From Zootoca vivipara (taxonomy: Eukaryota), in the NCBI RefSeq assembly GCF_963506605.1, contig NC_083284.1, forward strand, positions 40,300,001-40,364,000: a DNA stretch of 64,000 nt, written 5' to 3'. Shown here piece by piece: positions 1 through 12,905 of this stretch; the first letter of the stretch is position 1, and each line of letters begins with the position of its first letter. The notes beneath the pieces are model-generated. The model ran no database searches and was not told the DNA's origin. It was given only the letters and a program-made list of their open reading frames with translations. The position numbers and the translations under genes were made by a program.

Positions 1-448
1 TAGGTTTGACCTTCTTGCAGTCCATGGGACTCTCAAGAGTCTCCTCCAGCACCATAATTCAAAAGCATCAATTCTTCGGCGATCAGCCTTCTTTATGGTC
101 CAGCTCTCACTTCCATACATCACTACTGGGAAAACCATAGCTTTAACTATACGGACCTTTGTTGACAAGGTGATGTCTCTGCTTTTTAAGATGCTGTCTG
201 GGTTTGACATTGCTTTTCTCCCAAGAAGCAGGTGTCTTTTAATTTCGTGACTGCTGTCACCACCTGCAGTGATCATGGGACCCAAGAAAGTAAAATCTCT
301 CACTGCCTCCATTTCTTCCCCTTCTATTTGCCAGGAGGTGATGGGACCAGTGGCCATGATCTTGGTTTTTTTGATGTTGAGCTTCAGACCATATTTTCCA
401 CTCTCCTCTCTCACCCTCATTAAAAGGTTCTTTAATTCCTCCTCACTT
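1..448 (-). mobile_element. BovB (RTE-clade) LINE fragment, RT C-terminal region; runs off the window start
   Basis: Minus-strand frame is open: SEEELKNLLMRVREESGKYGLKLNIKKTKIMATGPITSWQIEGEEMEAVRDFTFLG...TKVRIVKAMVFPVVMYGSESWTIKKADRRRIDAFELWCWRRLLRVPWTARRSNL, the characteristic BovB/RTE sequence. Confidence 0.92.
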
Positions 449-636
449 CAGATCACTTCAAATCAGATATAATGCTCAATAAATGGCTGGTGTCACCTAG
501 ACTCCGTCAAACTGTGTGCAAACAAAGCAGGATGAATGATCAATACATGTATTGTCTGGAAAGGACTGACTTTGGCTCTCCTAGGTTTCAGACAGTCGTT
601 TTCCCTAGCCCTAGCTGGAGGTCCTAAGGAATGAGC

Positions 637-862
637 CAGGGTCGGCCCTATGATGAGGCAGAGTGAGGCAGCTGTCTCAGGCAGCAATTGCAGAGGTAGT
701 GGGAGTGGCCTAAGCTGTGAGTGCCATGTGGTCTGCCCTTTACCTGCTCGCCTGCTGCTCTCAAGATTCAGCTACCAATCCAATTGGCTTCTGTATGTGC
801 CTTGGGGAAGGACCTCATCTTGTCCTTTGCCTCAGGCAGAAAAATGTCTTGAACCGGCCTTG
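637..862. mobile_element. Non-autonomous hAT-type MITE (CAGGGCCGGCCC-type ends)
   Basis: Ends CAGGGTCGGCCC...GAACCGGCCTTG; flanks GAATGAGC / (G)AAATGAGC resemble an 8-bp TSD. Confidence 0.55.
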
Positions 863-1964
863 GAAATGAGCAAAGCATGTGCTGTACTGCTCAGCTACAG
901 CTCTTTTTTCCCATGGTTGGCACCATATGCTCTGGTTACCTGCTTGGCAATTTTTGGACCTGATTCACATCACCTGCTCATAAAGGACTCATTCATGGCG
1001 TGTTGTTGCTCGACTGGGAGCATTACTGTTGATCGTTATGGCCAGCAAAATGAGCTATTTCTTAGCTGTCACTGGTACAAATTGAGAAATAAGGTAGCAT
1101 AATGAAATAGTATGCTGTGGCTGTACTTTGTGGAGTTATTTTTATAGTGTGCTCAAGAATTATGCAGTCTAAAAATTGCTTTGGCAGGTCTCTGGGCAAC
1201 ATTAAGAACTCATTTAACTTGCTTCCCGATATCCAGACTTGATTTAGGTCACGTGATTTTTTAATTAGTATAGTTATCGTATCGGATGTGAGTGAAAATT
1301 AGGATAATGCAGCAAAATAGTAGGATAGAATACAAAATGAGATAATTTACTATGTGTATGTCTCCAGCTTTTATTATGCTAGTCAATTTCTTAATAATGC
1401 AGCATTAACCTGGGAAAGTATGTCTCAAACCCATGGAATTAAGGCATACTTTGAGGGGTGGGAATTCTTATAACAATAAAAAAGGCATAGCTTTATGGCT
1501 ATGTAACAAATTGGCCACATCACCTGCTCATAAATTTGGCTAAAATAACCAAACTAATTAGATAATAAGGCATAATTTATGAGACAAAATTAAAAGGCCT
1601 AGGTGAGGTGAAGAAATGCTGCGTATTAAATCTAAAATATATGTAGTTCAAATAACACCAAGACACTGACTCACTCTCATGAGAGAATGGAAACTGAGAA
1701 TTAATGTTAAATTGCATACTTATCCCAACAATGTGCCTTGGACGCCAGGCTGAATATATAGGCATGAATGATACCATTTTACAGTGTGATCCTATGTATG
1801 TGTCCCAGGTAGACTGTATGTATTTGTGCTACAAGGTACAAAGGCAGTCACTTAACAGGATGGTACACTAATTCCACAAAATTGCACATTACACTGTTGC
1901 TGCAATTCTAGTAAGAGTAACTTTGTAATTATCAGTTTAAATGTATTTATTTCAGCCTTAATCC

Positions 1965-2272
1965 ATTATCTGAAGGCAGCCCTGTATAGGTAAGTTTTTA
2001 ATGTTTGACATAGGAGCCTAAACTATTTGAGGGGCCCGGTGCCCCCCAAAGGTGATGGGCATTGCCATTCAAATGGTGTGCGTGCACTGTGCCATGTGAT
2101 CGATTCAGCGGGGCAGGGCTTACTTGCCCCGCCCTATTTTATCCAAGTTGGCAATCCTGATGTTTGATGTTTTACTGTTTTTGGTGTTTTAATTTGTTGG
2201 AAGCCGCCCAGAGTGCCTGGGGCAACCCATTCAGATGGGTGGCATATAAATAATGAATTATTTTGATTATTA
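1965..2272 (+). mobile_element. 3' end of an L2-type LINE with (TTA)n-like tail, interrupted by a MITE
   Basis: CTGAAGGCAGCCCTGTATAGG...GGAAGCCGCCCAGAGTG...CAGATGGGTGGCATATAAAT; same tail recurs at 4671-4815, 18551-18712 and 57208-57460. Confidence 0.7.
2009..2159 (+). mobile_element. hAT MITE inserted in the L2 tail
   Basis: Perfect 8-bp TSD ATGTTTGA (2001-2008 / 2160-2167); a second copy lies in opposite orientation at 47776-47957. Confidence 0.75.
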
Positions 2273-2309
2273 TCATCAAAAATTAAGGGAACAGATAAGC
2301 AGCTGGTAT

Positions 2310-2599
2310 TCATGCACAGTGTCCAAATTTTTCACATTGCACATCTTCTGGGATGCATTCCCCGGCGAGTCATGTGGCCCATACCATGTTGTTGTCCTGA
2401 AAAACACTTTTTCAGGGTACACTCATGTGCCGCAACCAAAAACACATGTTTTCGGGTGCCACATGAGATCACAGCCCCACCCCCCAGTGCTTTTTGGAGG
2501 GTGAGGGTGTGGCGTGAGAGCACGACACCCAAATTGGCCAACGCGACCCTGTTCAAAAAATATGGGATGCCTCTTTTTCTGGGATACTTGGCAGGTATG
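2310..2599. mobile_element. Decayed hAT-type element (right end GGGATACTTGGCAGGTATG)
   Basis: Right end matches the terminus type of the element at 39124-39532; left end unclear. Confidence 0.4.
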
Positions 2600-4204
2600 T
2601 TCATGTTACCTAGAAACATAGAGGCCTGGGCCCTCCATTAAAGTATTTCCATCCTTCCGGTCCACTGCTATGAACAGTGCTGGATGGCTGAGTATATCCA
2701 CCACTTAGAAATCCCACAGTGCTCTAGAGCAATGCTACACTCAGTGGCATTGTGGGAAATTTAAATGGCACCTGGACCTAGACACATTGTACGGCTTGGT
2801 GTACCCCTCAGAGCATTGCTTTTTTATTGTTATTACGATTCCATCATATTCATACAGCACCTGCTTGTGAAACAAACAAACAAAAGACCTCAAAGTGGTT
2901 TACAATAAAATTATAGGTAAAAACAACTATTTAAAACATTCAAAAGGTTATAATCCATGATAAATTTAAGTGCCCATATGGGTAGGCTTTTCTGTTGTCA
3001 CTGCTGCCATCACCAAGGCCACAGATGGAAAGGAGGGCCCACCAAACTTGGGGCCAACCTTGTGTAAGTGTAAAGCACCCTTTGGTGTGCAGAACGCATT
3101 ACATGGTTCTTTGGATCCCAACCGATCCCAACATACAACTTCATATAATAATGAAATGTTAGGCAAGTCTGTGTTCCTAAGTTGGATCTGGCTTTCAAAA
3201 TGACCCCTGGGAACTCAGAGCTCCCCAATCTGTTAGGATATTCGTAACTGGGATTCTGGGTGAAACTGAGTCAAGACATGTATGCCTAAAGTTTCCTACT
3301 GGGGAAAAAACATCTTTTTCATATTTATAGTGTAACTTCAGGCCCCTATGTAGAAGCTTGTAAGGAAGTTCAAATTAGCAGAACTGTTTTATTTGGATCT
3401 TTTCCACTAGGGTCAGAAAGCTCTGAATGTGGAAGACTTCAGATTTTGGCACGGCTGCTCAGATCCAATCTCTGTTTAGGACTGCAGATCAAATATCACC
3501 TAGGGACAAACGTAAAAATTTGTGGATGTGTTAACTATCTCTCCGCCGTGGATTAGGACCAATGTGTATTTTGTGTTAACCTTGCAGTGATTGATTTAGC
3601 CATGCCATTAGCTGCCTGAGTGAAGCTTGACATGGTGTATCTGTGCTTCCCCAATGCTCTCTCTAACAATGTGGTTTTCACATTTTAAAGGGAGTCTCCC
3701 TTTAAGCAAGCACAGGCCGTTGTGGCTGGTGGGGCGGAAGGCAAGGAGGCCACCAGCAGATGGCACCAGAGCCAATGACAAGCAGAGACAACAATTTCTA
3801 GTTTTGTCCCTATACCCAAGAGACAAAGGACACAGACAGTGCCACTCACTGGCCTGGATATAAGAAAACAGGGGGTAGATGTTAGTTAAGGTCATCCTGA
3901 GGACAGCAGGGTATTTACCTAGCCTAATAAAGTAGCCTTCACAGGCAGTTGTGAGGGAAATGGCAATCGGACAGTGGTGATTTCAAGGTAGCTAACTTAT
4001 TTGGCTCCTTTTTCACAGCCTTCCATTCCCTTGAAATGCAGTGTTGGAATCTGCCTTAGAGCTAAGCACCACACCAAGCTGCCCACTGCCTTGCCCCTCT
4101 ACCCTTCAGGAAGTAGCAGCAACACACAGCATTGGGAAGCCGGGTCAACCTGTGCTCCCTACTGGACACTACTAAGTCCTAACCTGGAGGAGTGGAGGAC
4201 TGAT

Positions 4205-4671
4205 TTGGTATGGTCCACCCCCAGAGACTAATGGAGTCTGGTAGAGTCCTGTATCTCGGGGGTATTTTTAGGTGATTAGCGCCATTGATCCTGTCAAGCT
4301 TGGTGTGTTGCTGTGAGATGGCGAGATGGGAGGAGCTATTGACACAATCACTCCCGGTGGTCCTCTCTTGTGTTGCAGGCCTGCACTGCTCCTTAGGAAG
4401 CTGGGAGATGACTGGTGGAAAACTCGCTCTGAAGCTAAATGATTGTTGTTAGGCTGCAGAATTCTGCCTACCAAGCAATAGTGAAGGAGATGGAAACTAC
4501 TTTGCTGTCCCCATTGCATCCTCCAAGAGCAGTTCAGCTGAGATTTCTGGGTGGTCCAGAGGCTGGTCATACCAGAAGTGGTGGATGGACCTCTGGAGCA
4601 CTCACTGTGGTTTTGCACACCACTCTGTAAATACAGAAAATGCCTTGGATGCGGCAATTGCTGCAACCCCC

Positions 4672-4708
<37 letters not shown>

Positions 4709-5320
4709 TATTTGTACCCCACCCATCTGGCTGGGTTTCCTCAGCCACTCTGGGTGGCTTCCAACAAAGAATAAAATACATAAAAATGGATTAAAATGCA
4801 TTAAAATGTATTTTATCAATTCTGGAGCAAATTGCCACCAGTATGCTGATGACACACAGCTCTAGTTCTCTGGAACATCTGAGTCAGGAAAGGTATGGAC
4901 TGTTGTCTGGGAACAACAGTGGACTGGATGAGTGCCAACCAACTGAGTCTGAACCCTGGAAAGATGAAGGCACTGTGGGTGGGTGGCTCCTGTGTCCTTG
5001 AGTCTGGCCACTTGCCTGTTCTGGACAGGATTGCATTCCTTCTGAAAGATTAGGTTTCTAGTTCATGGGTGCTCCTGGATCCATCTTTGTCACTCAAGGC
5101 TCCAGCAGCCTCAGTGTCTAGAAGTCCCTTTGACCAGCTATGGGTGGTATGTGAACTATGGCTCTTCTTGGAGGGCGATAGCTTGGCCATGGTGATTCAT
5201 GTACTGGTAGCCTCAAGACTCAATCATTGCATTACATTCTGTGTGAGTCTACCGTAACTTTGGGCCTGGTCTGGAAGCTCCAACTGGTCCCAAACGCCGT
5301 GGCTGAACTAACGGCTGGGA
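4205..5320 (+). mobile_element. Decayed L2 LINE ORF2 relic (linker and RT), internally deleted
   Basis: Peptide remnants MVHPQRLMES, NYFAVPIASSKSSSAEI, GANCHQYADDTQL (RT YADD motif), DWMSANQLSLNPGKM, VLLDPSLSL, VIHVLVASRLNHC, KLQLVPNAVA; multiple stops and frameshifts. Confidence 0.85.
4671..4815 (-). mobile_element. Younger L2-type 3' tail in antisense orientation with (CAA)n microsatellite
   Basis: (CAA)n at 4671-4708 followed by CCCATCTGGCTGGGTTTCCTCAGCCACTCTGGGTGGCTTCCAAC, the reverse of the tail at about 2200-2240. Confidence 0.7.
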
Positions 5321-5364
5321 CATATTTCAAATCAGATACAGACTAGGATAAAACTACTACAGCT

Positions 5365-5500
5365 TCTTGTAGGTGTGCTGAAAAAGGAAGGTCTTTGATA
5401 GGTGTCAAAAGGACAATAGAGACGGTGTTTGTCTGATATGTAACGGAAGGGAGTTGCCTAGGTACTGCCACACATTGTGCAGAACAGGCCTTCTCATGAG
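5365..5500 (-). mobile_element. L2-like ORF2 C-terminal fragment, inverted
   Basis: Reverse strand has a degenerate NSLP..IRQ..SLLSF..KTFLF pattern typical of the L2 ORF2 end. Confidence 0.45.
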
Positions 5501-6134
5501 ATGCTACCGGTATCTGCAGGAGGCCCTCTTCCGCATTCAGCAATTGGTTGGGGCACCAATCATTTTGTTATCCTGCTTTCAAGCTGTATTGAGCTCTGTA
5601 CAAGCCTCTGTAAATAAACCAAGCAAGCAAACCTCTGTAAAGTCAGAGAATAAGGCACCCTGTGCTTTAAAAAGAGCTCCACTGGAAAGAACGAGCCAGG
5701 ATGAAATATGTGCAGCAAATGTAGGGTGGGGAGAAATCCTTAAATGTTACCAGAAACTACTTGATTATTGGCAGCAGAGGGATATCAGCCAAGATGTAAC
5801 GGATTGTCAAATGAAATCCTTGTTTCTATAACCTCCCAAGTCTCCATAAGGTCTGAAGTCAGCATTTTGCTATCTGGAATGGAGGTATAAAATAAAAGTT
5901 TTTTTTTAAAGTGTAAAAAACAACAACCCAGTTTTATTTATGTTTGGGTCATAAATGAAGAGGTGCTGGAAAGAAAAACATGCCCCTTTCTGGTATGTTT
6001 TTAAAGTTATTTGGGAAGCAAGGGGGCTCTTCTGTGACCTGCTCAACCCAGGGAAGCTGTGCAATCCTGGGAAGCTCTGCAAAATTCTAAGGGATTGAGG
6101 GACCAACCGAATGGTAGAAGCAGCTGCAAGTAAC

Positions 6135-6289
6135 CAGTGCTCCCCCCCTCCCTTAAAAACATGTTTTGGGGCACCCTCATTTTCCTACTCATATTGAAAT
6201 ACTGCCCCTCAATCAATGAGGCAAAACTGAGATTCACAAAATGTTTAGGGGTATGTGTACCCCTGTGTCCCCCCAGGAAAAAAAGCACT
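6135..6289. mobile_element. hAT MITE (CAGTGCT...AAAAAAAGCACT) abutting an assembly gap
   Basis: Terminal inverted repeats of the CAGTGCTTTTT family also seen at 38084-38692. Confidence 0.55.
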
Positions 6290-6429
6290 NNNNNNNNNNN
6301 NNNNNNNNNNNNNNNNNNNNNNNNNNNNNNNNNNNNNNNNNNNNNNNNNNNNNNNNNNNNNNNNNNNNNNNNNNNNNNNNNNNNNNNNNNNNNNNNNNNN
6401 NNNNNNNNNNNNNNNNNNNNNNNNNNNNN
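6290..6429. other. Assembly gap (N run)
   Basis: 140 N. Confidence 1.
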
Positions 6430-6774
6430 GGGGGACATTTAGAAGTTCTACTTGGTTTTTTATGATTGCAATGATTTTAACTGTTTTTACAACTGCATAC
6501 TGGTATTGCTGCAACTTGCTCTGGGACCTCATGGTGGAGTCAGGAGTTTCCTGCTGCTCTTCTGTTATTGTTTAAGTAAGAGACACAATAAAGTTCTTCT
6601 CTAGCCTTCTGATGGGTGTTCTCTGAATCTGCCATTATGGTTCCTGCAGTTCTGTGATCATTTCTTCTATCTACTGTACTTCGAAAATGCGGAATATTTC
6701 TAGAAGAGTAGACTCTTAGGATTCTTCCTGTTCAATTCCTTGCTATGTAGTTCTGGTTCAGGATCAGCAGATAG

Positions 6775-7451
6775 TAAGGATGGGCAGATACATCCATTGT
6801 GCTTCTCTTGGTTTCTCATTTTTCCAAGCTCAAGTTCAGTTCTTCAAATTTCTACACCAGTTTGCTTTTAAAAACAAAGTTCACCAGCTTTTTTGGGGTG
6901 TGAATTTCTAACATACACATTTATCTATGAAATGTTGCCTAATATACACATCTTTGTCAAGCAATTTCCCATAAAATACAGCATTTTGTACATTCTTTTC
7001 ACTAATTACAGTGGTACCTCTACTTACAAATAACTCTACTTACGAATTTTTCTACTTACAAATGGAGCTCCGTCCGCCATCTTGGATGGGGTTTAGATAG
7101 GATTTTTTCTACTTACGAATTTTTAGATAGGGTTGCTTCGACTTACGATTTTTTTCTCCCAATGCATTCCTATGGGATTCAACTTACAAATTTTTTCGAC
7201 TTACAAATGTGTGTTCAGAACGCATTAAATTCGTAAGTAGAGGTACTACTGTATGCATTTTTATGCACATTTTACCACTGTACATGTATTTTTGTACATC
7301 TTAGGTGGCTGAAGAATTGTACCGCAAAATTTGGATAAGTGAGGATTTCGAAGGAGAGCTGCATTTCTCTTCACATATTGTTTCAGAATATGCGAATTCT
7401 GGTAAGTTCACTTTTAAATGTGAACTGAATCAAATTTCTGCCCCATCCCCA
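6775..7451 (+). mobile_element. AT-rich hAT-like element (TAGGGATGGG...CCCATCCCTA family), copy 1, with nested Tc1/mariner MITE
   Basis: Shares internal motifs (CCTAATATACACATTTT, AAATGTGAACTGAATC) and termini with 13684-14072, 22657-23452 and 58147-58854. Confidence 0.7.
7009..7251 (+). mobile_element. Tc1/mariner (Tigger/pogo-like) MITE
   Basis: TA|CAGTGGTACCTCTACTTAC...GTAAGTAGAGGTACTACTG|TA; internal CTACTTACGAA repeats; related copy reversed at 36410-36661. Confidence 0.85.
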
Positions 7452-10400
7452 GCTGCCAGGAATTCTGAGTTACTGCGATAGTCCATTTGTATATCAAGAA
7501 AGTGTTTTGTCTAACCTAAGTTTGGATGAAGAGTATACTGCTATGCTTTTTGTGATTAGACATTGGGGTTTTTCCTGCATACCAGAGATTTTAATGCGCC
7601 ACAAAATAAAACTAAATTGAGCAAAGTTAAGGAAGGGAATCATAGACATGTTTGAAATTAGATGCTCTCCTGTATTTTAACTATGTGCACACCAGGCTGT
7701 GGTTTCGTTCCAGGTCTTTTTCCTTTACATATTGATCTGAAAAAAATGCCTGAGTCATGAGAAGGTTACAGAAGGAAATGATTCCCATGACATGCATATA
7801 TTTCACAGATGGAATTTGCAAATCATTTCCACTTAGGGCGAACATTCTTTTATTCTCTTTCATTGTCTGCCTGGGAAGGATTTCAAAGCAAGCATTTCTC
7901 TCCCCCACGCATTCGCTCCTGTTCCTCTAGACACCTTTCCCTTTCACAGTGTCATAGGCTAAGTCAGAAAATGAAGCCTTCTGACACATCCAGGCTCTGT
8001 GATCTTCATTACAGTTTACAGTTGGCATCAACCCAGTCACTTCTTGTCTAGGGAGTAGTGCCCAGTATATGTTCTTTGGAAGAATGCATACAATTCCTCT
8101 CTCACCTGACAAGCAAGATGTGAATGTTAAACTAAATCCAAGCAAATAATCTGATGGGGGTGGGGAGGTGGTGGTGGGGAAGAGAGAAAAATCAGATAAG
8201 GACAGAATGATTTAAGAAGCAGAAAATAAGTGGATCCCACTAGGTTCTCTTACTCTCAAAGTAATGTACTCCAACTGTAGAATCTTCATGAAAATGAAAT
8301 CTCTGCAAATATAACTAGACAAAGCATATTAAACTGTAAACATAACTCTTCCTGGCAACCTTTGGTTAATTGTCCAAAATCCAAATGCCTGATGGGCTCG
8401 ATGGTATAATATTACTACTTACAGCTTGCAAAATAGGCCAGGATTCTGATGAAATTGTACCCTGTGTTGGTTGCATGTGTTTAGCCAAGAAACAACTGTA
8501 ATGCACACACACACACAAATATGTGTTTAAAGGATTTTGGTTTGGTCTTCACTCTTATTTTCTTTGCAAGAGATGCGGGGTACCCCAGCCCATTATTTGT
8601 AGAAATGTTCTCTGGTTTAAGGTATGCACCAAATGACAAGCCCTCCTAAGCTGAGCAGAAAGATGCTGACTTGAATGGAACACAGTTCTTGTGGAATTTT
8701 GCATTCCATAGCCTATACAATGGAAACAATGCCCAAAGAGTTCATATAGCCAAGAGACACTGTAGGTTGCAATGCTGTTTCCAGGGAACAAACCGTATGG
8801 ACCTCATCGAGATTTACTTATGAGCAGCCATGTGTAGAATTAGTTAGTCACATTATGTAGCGGGGATGGGGAACCTTTGGCTTTTCATATGTTGAACTAC
8901 CATTGGCCATGCTGCCTGGAAGCTGGAATCCGACAGCATCTGCAAGGCCACATCTTCCTCACAGATGGTATAAATGATGTGTGAAGAAGTCTAGAGCTTC
9001 TGTCCTAGTATTGCGTGAAAGTCACTGGAGACTTGATTCTTAACTTCCCAGCAAGAGAAGTTGCATTGTACTCCGCACACTGCTGTTCATCTCTCCCCCC
9101 CCCACCGCACATTCCTCTCAGAGAAATGATAAAAGCCCACTGTGGTGTTTGTCTGTTGTTAGATTTTGGAAGGAAGGGATCCTTGCCCCACTCGGAGGCC
9201 ATGTTTGTTTGCCTTTCTGTTCATACTGATCCTGTGTGCATCCAGAAAGAGGACGTTACCCTGCTGGGCCAATTTATTAAATTAAATGTTTGCTACAGTA
9301 TTTCCCAAAACTACATTTTGAAGCGTAATTTCAGGCTAAATTAAACTCAAGTCAGCTGCTTCTGGACAATAAAGCGGCATTGCTTCATTTCTCAAATTAA
9401 CGTAGTCCTTTCCTCCCCCTCCTTGCTTTGTGGATTAAATTAAATGCATATGTTTTCCATATCTAACAGTTAGAATAATTTTCTATGTATTTGATCGTCA
9501 TGAATATCCCCCATATCTTCTCTTTTAAAAATAATTTGCAATTAAGTTAAGAGACTTAGCACCAGGTAAACCTGTGCCTTGGGTCACTTCCAGATGACCT
9601 GTTTATCTAGCATTCATACTGATTTCATCTGCACACAATCTGAATGGAGGTTATGCGATGTCAGCTGCTCATTGAGTTTCCATCCTGATCTGTGGTGAGG
9701 TTATGGGATGTCACGTCAAGCAATTGTTATCCCACACTTTCCAGGGTGCATTTTCCTCACCACAAAAGTCTGGGGTTTTGTGTGTTTTTTTTTAAGAATT
9801 GGGATTGTTGCACAAGGGTGCCAAATCTCCTTTAATTTTGAAACCTGAATTTGCCAGCATATAATTAAATCCCACCCATAAAATAGCAACATTCTGGAAG
9901 CACTCATAGCTGTCTGTTCTGTATGGCCAAAAGCTGCTTCTCCTTGATTGCATCGCTACCTCCTTCATTCCTTGCTGGGTCATTTATTTCTAGTGTGGGA
10001 GAAAGGAAGAAAAAGACCACTGGCCTGCTTAAGGCCAAACAATCAAGAGCTGCTGCAAATGCCACAGCAATTAGTTCTTAAGCTGAAGTCTGAGCAACTT
10101 CATTAAACAACATTTGCGTGCACAGGTATATTTGACTTTGCTCCACAAACGTTTTGGAGGCCAAATCTCTATCTGATCTGTTCCAAAATCAGTGAGCTTC
10201 TGGGACTTTGGGATAGAATGCTACTTAATCCGCAGTACAGTACATTGATTTAAAACAATAGCAATAGTTAAATGGGCCAATTTCTTGTCAGACTGATGGC
10301 TGCTTTGGGGCTTATGAGGAACGCATTTGGTGGTTTGGCACAGCAGTCATAGCTATTATCTGTGCCAAACACTCCCCACCACATACACTGAACACTCTTC

Positions 10401-12439
10401 CTTTGATTTCTTATTTCTATTTCTTTCCCCCCTAATTTAATTTGGAGTATAGCAGGTCACCAGAATTATTTCTCCCCAAATGTGGACATTGTTTTCAGTG
10501 TCAAAGACACCTCCCCCAATTTGTTGGGGTACAACATTTTCTCCACTGGCATGCTTCATGTAGCTGTTCACCTCACACATAGTTTCACACAATATTTACT
10601 TACTACATCAAGGCCTTTTTGTATCATGCCTCAGTCCCCTCGACACATGAGTGCCCAGGCTCAGAAGGTAACAGCATCCTTGGTCCCCATAACAATCATT
10701 GTTTTTATAGACCAGAGGCTGCCAGTTTGATGCTCTCCAGATCTTTTTCCGACTACAATGCCCATCAGTGTTGGGAATGAAAGTGTTGTGGTGTCAGTGG
10801 TGTGGGAGAAGCTGTGGTGGGGCTGGCAGCAAGGCAATGGGGTTGGCATCAGAGCAACTGAGAGGTCACAGGTTGGATCTGTCACCTGAGGCAAATTGAT
10901 TCACCTTGCCTCAGTGAAGCATTGGGCTTGATGAGGACAAACATGGAGATAGGAACAGCAACCTAGGGCAGAGGGAAGAAGAGAAAAAAAGGAGCAGAGC
11001 AACTGAAAAGTCTATAAAATGGAAACCCTTTGTCCAATCTGTTTTGGCAGGTCTGGTGGCTGGATAAGGGATAGGAAAAGTTCAGTGCCCTTTGGATGGT
11101 AAAACTGAAAGAAGAGGGTTCTCCCACTGAAAACAATGGGAAAGTAATAGGATGTGTTCTGCAACAAATAGTGGGGCATGTCCAGAAAGAAAGCACATAT
11201 TCCCAAATTTAAACTGCTGCTTCTCAGTTGGTTTTCATCCAGTTTTTCTGAAAAGCCAATAACTTGTATCACTCACCGAAGAGATGGTCTACACCAGATT
11301 TCATTCTGATAAGATAATTCATAGGGAATATAATGATAATGCTTCTCCTACAGCTCTATAATACACAGATAGATTTAGAAATCCTAAAGTGAAAGCCCAA
11401 CAAGGTTCTTCCAATGCAACTTCTTGCACATGAGTGTCTGTGATATTACTTACACAGGATTGCACCGATCATAGAATTATATGGAGCTCCCATAGTGAAT
11501 TCAAATAATCAGCAGATTTGGTTAATCAAGGTTCAAATAACAGGCCATATCTGATCTGTTTTTTATTGGATTCCCATCAGTTGTGGTTTGGCAAGGACTG
11601 CAACTGAGTACAAACTGAATAAAGATTTGTCCCAGGGCCTCCAACCTTTTTCACAGTTTCCAGAACTCTTTTTTTCTCTCCCCCCACTTAGCCAGTCTTA
11701 CCTCTCACACAAAGCAATTAATCATCCACTGAATGAAAGGGGAGGGCAGTTAGTTTCATATTTTCTGAGTTCCCTAACATATTCCATTTCAAAGTTATTG
11801 TTTCTGAAAGGTTATGCTGAAATGGAGAATGAATGAGGTTTCAACATTTTTCTCTTTTCCTGAAAGACTAGTGCCAGAAAAACAAAATGATATTGTGCCA
11901 GAATTTTCTGGATCCCTTTCAACCTTTGTCATAATATGGATGACAGTGAAGAGAAGTAGCTCTGAATGCACATTTTTTGACATGATCTAGTGCATTTCAC
12001 ACAGCAGTTTATTGTGGAATCAGTGCTGCTCACACATGAAGTTTTTTGCAGCATCTACATGACATCGCCTTCATCAAAACGTTGTTCCATATTATTTTTC
12101 CGTTTCATCAAGATTTATTGTTCCCATAGAACACACAATAAATGAAACAACAATGACATGGAAATGGTAAATCTGTATTAAACAGTGGCGGTGAAAATAT
12201 GGAGCAAGATGTTGATTAGGACAATGTCTCATGGATGCTGCAAGAAGATGTAGCTACTCATGAGCAGAACCAAATCCATAACAAAGTGTATGGAAGTGCC
12301 TCTACTTTCAGGTGGGCTATAACAACAATATCAGGCCATAGAATATAATTCATATTATGGCAGCTCATGTAGCAATCTTGAAACCTGTGTTGCATTCTTG
12401 CATGACCCAGGTGCATAAGGTGCACTGCGTGCTGATGGG

Positions 12440-12905
12440 GAATGGCATTGGAAAATAAGACATGGATTGGCATTGGATTGGCATTGGAAAATAAGACATG
12501 GGAGACCATAGAGTGGGTTAGGTTAGGCCACAACTTTATTGATTACAGCTGTAAGCCAGTTTCGCAAAAGTCATTGAGTAAGCGCCCACTCTCAACCAGC
12601 TCGCCTGCTGGATGAACTTGGGATGGGTCAGTACTGGCATGAAGGCTGCCCCTTGACATGGGTCAAGTGTGATGTTCCTGCCAGTGCTGCCTCTCGGAAG
12701 GGCCCTTCGGCCCCCATGTGAGCTTCCAGACAGCTCTAGCCCTTCCAGGACCCTTTAAAAAGGGTAGACAGATGTTAAAAGGATACAACAGCAAAGCTGT
12801 GATGTTTGCTATGAGGCAGGTGAAAACCTGCAGGTGGGCCGATTTGCCTGCAGGAAAAATTCCTCCCTGGCCCCGAAGATGGCGACAGAGTCATCCACAG
12901 CAATG
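12440..12905 (-). mobile_element. Interspersed repeat, possibly a DIRS/Ngaro-like retroelement terminal region
   Basis: Reverse strand AATAAAGTTGTGGCC is shared with 51561-51575; local duplication GGCATTGGAAAATAAGACATGG x2; class assignment tentative. Confidence 0.3.

Noticed and set aside
4268-4865. ORFs with poly-Cys, poly-Gln and poly-Asn tracts
   Set aside because: Translations of the (CAA)n microsatellite within LINE debris.
6043-6575. ORFs containing X runs (also around 30055-30432 and 33953-34367)
   Set aside because: Artefacts of N gaps.
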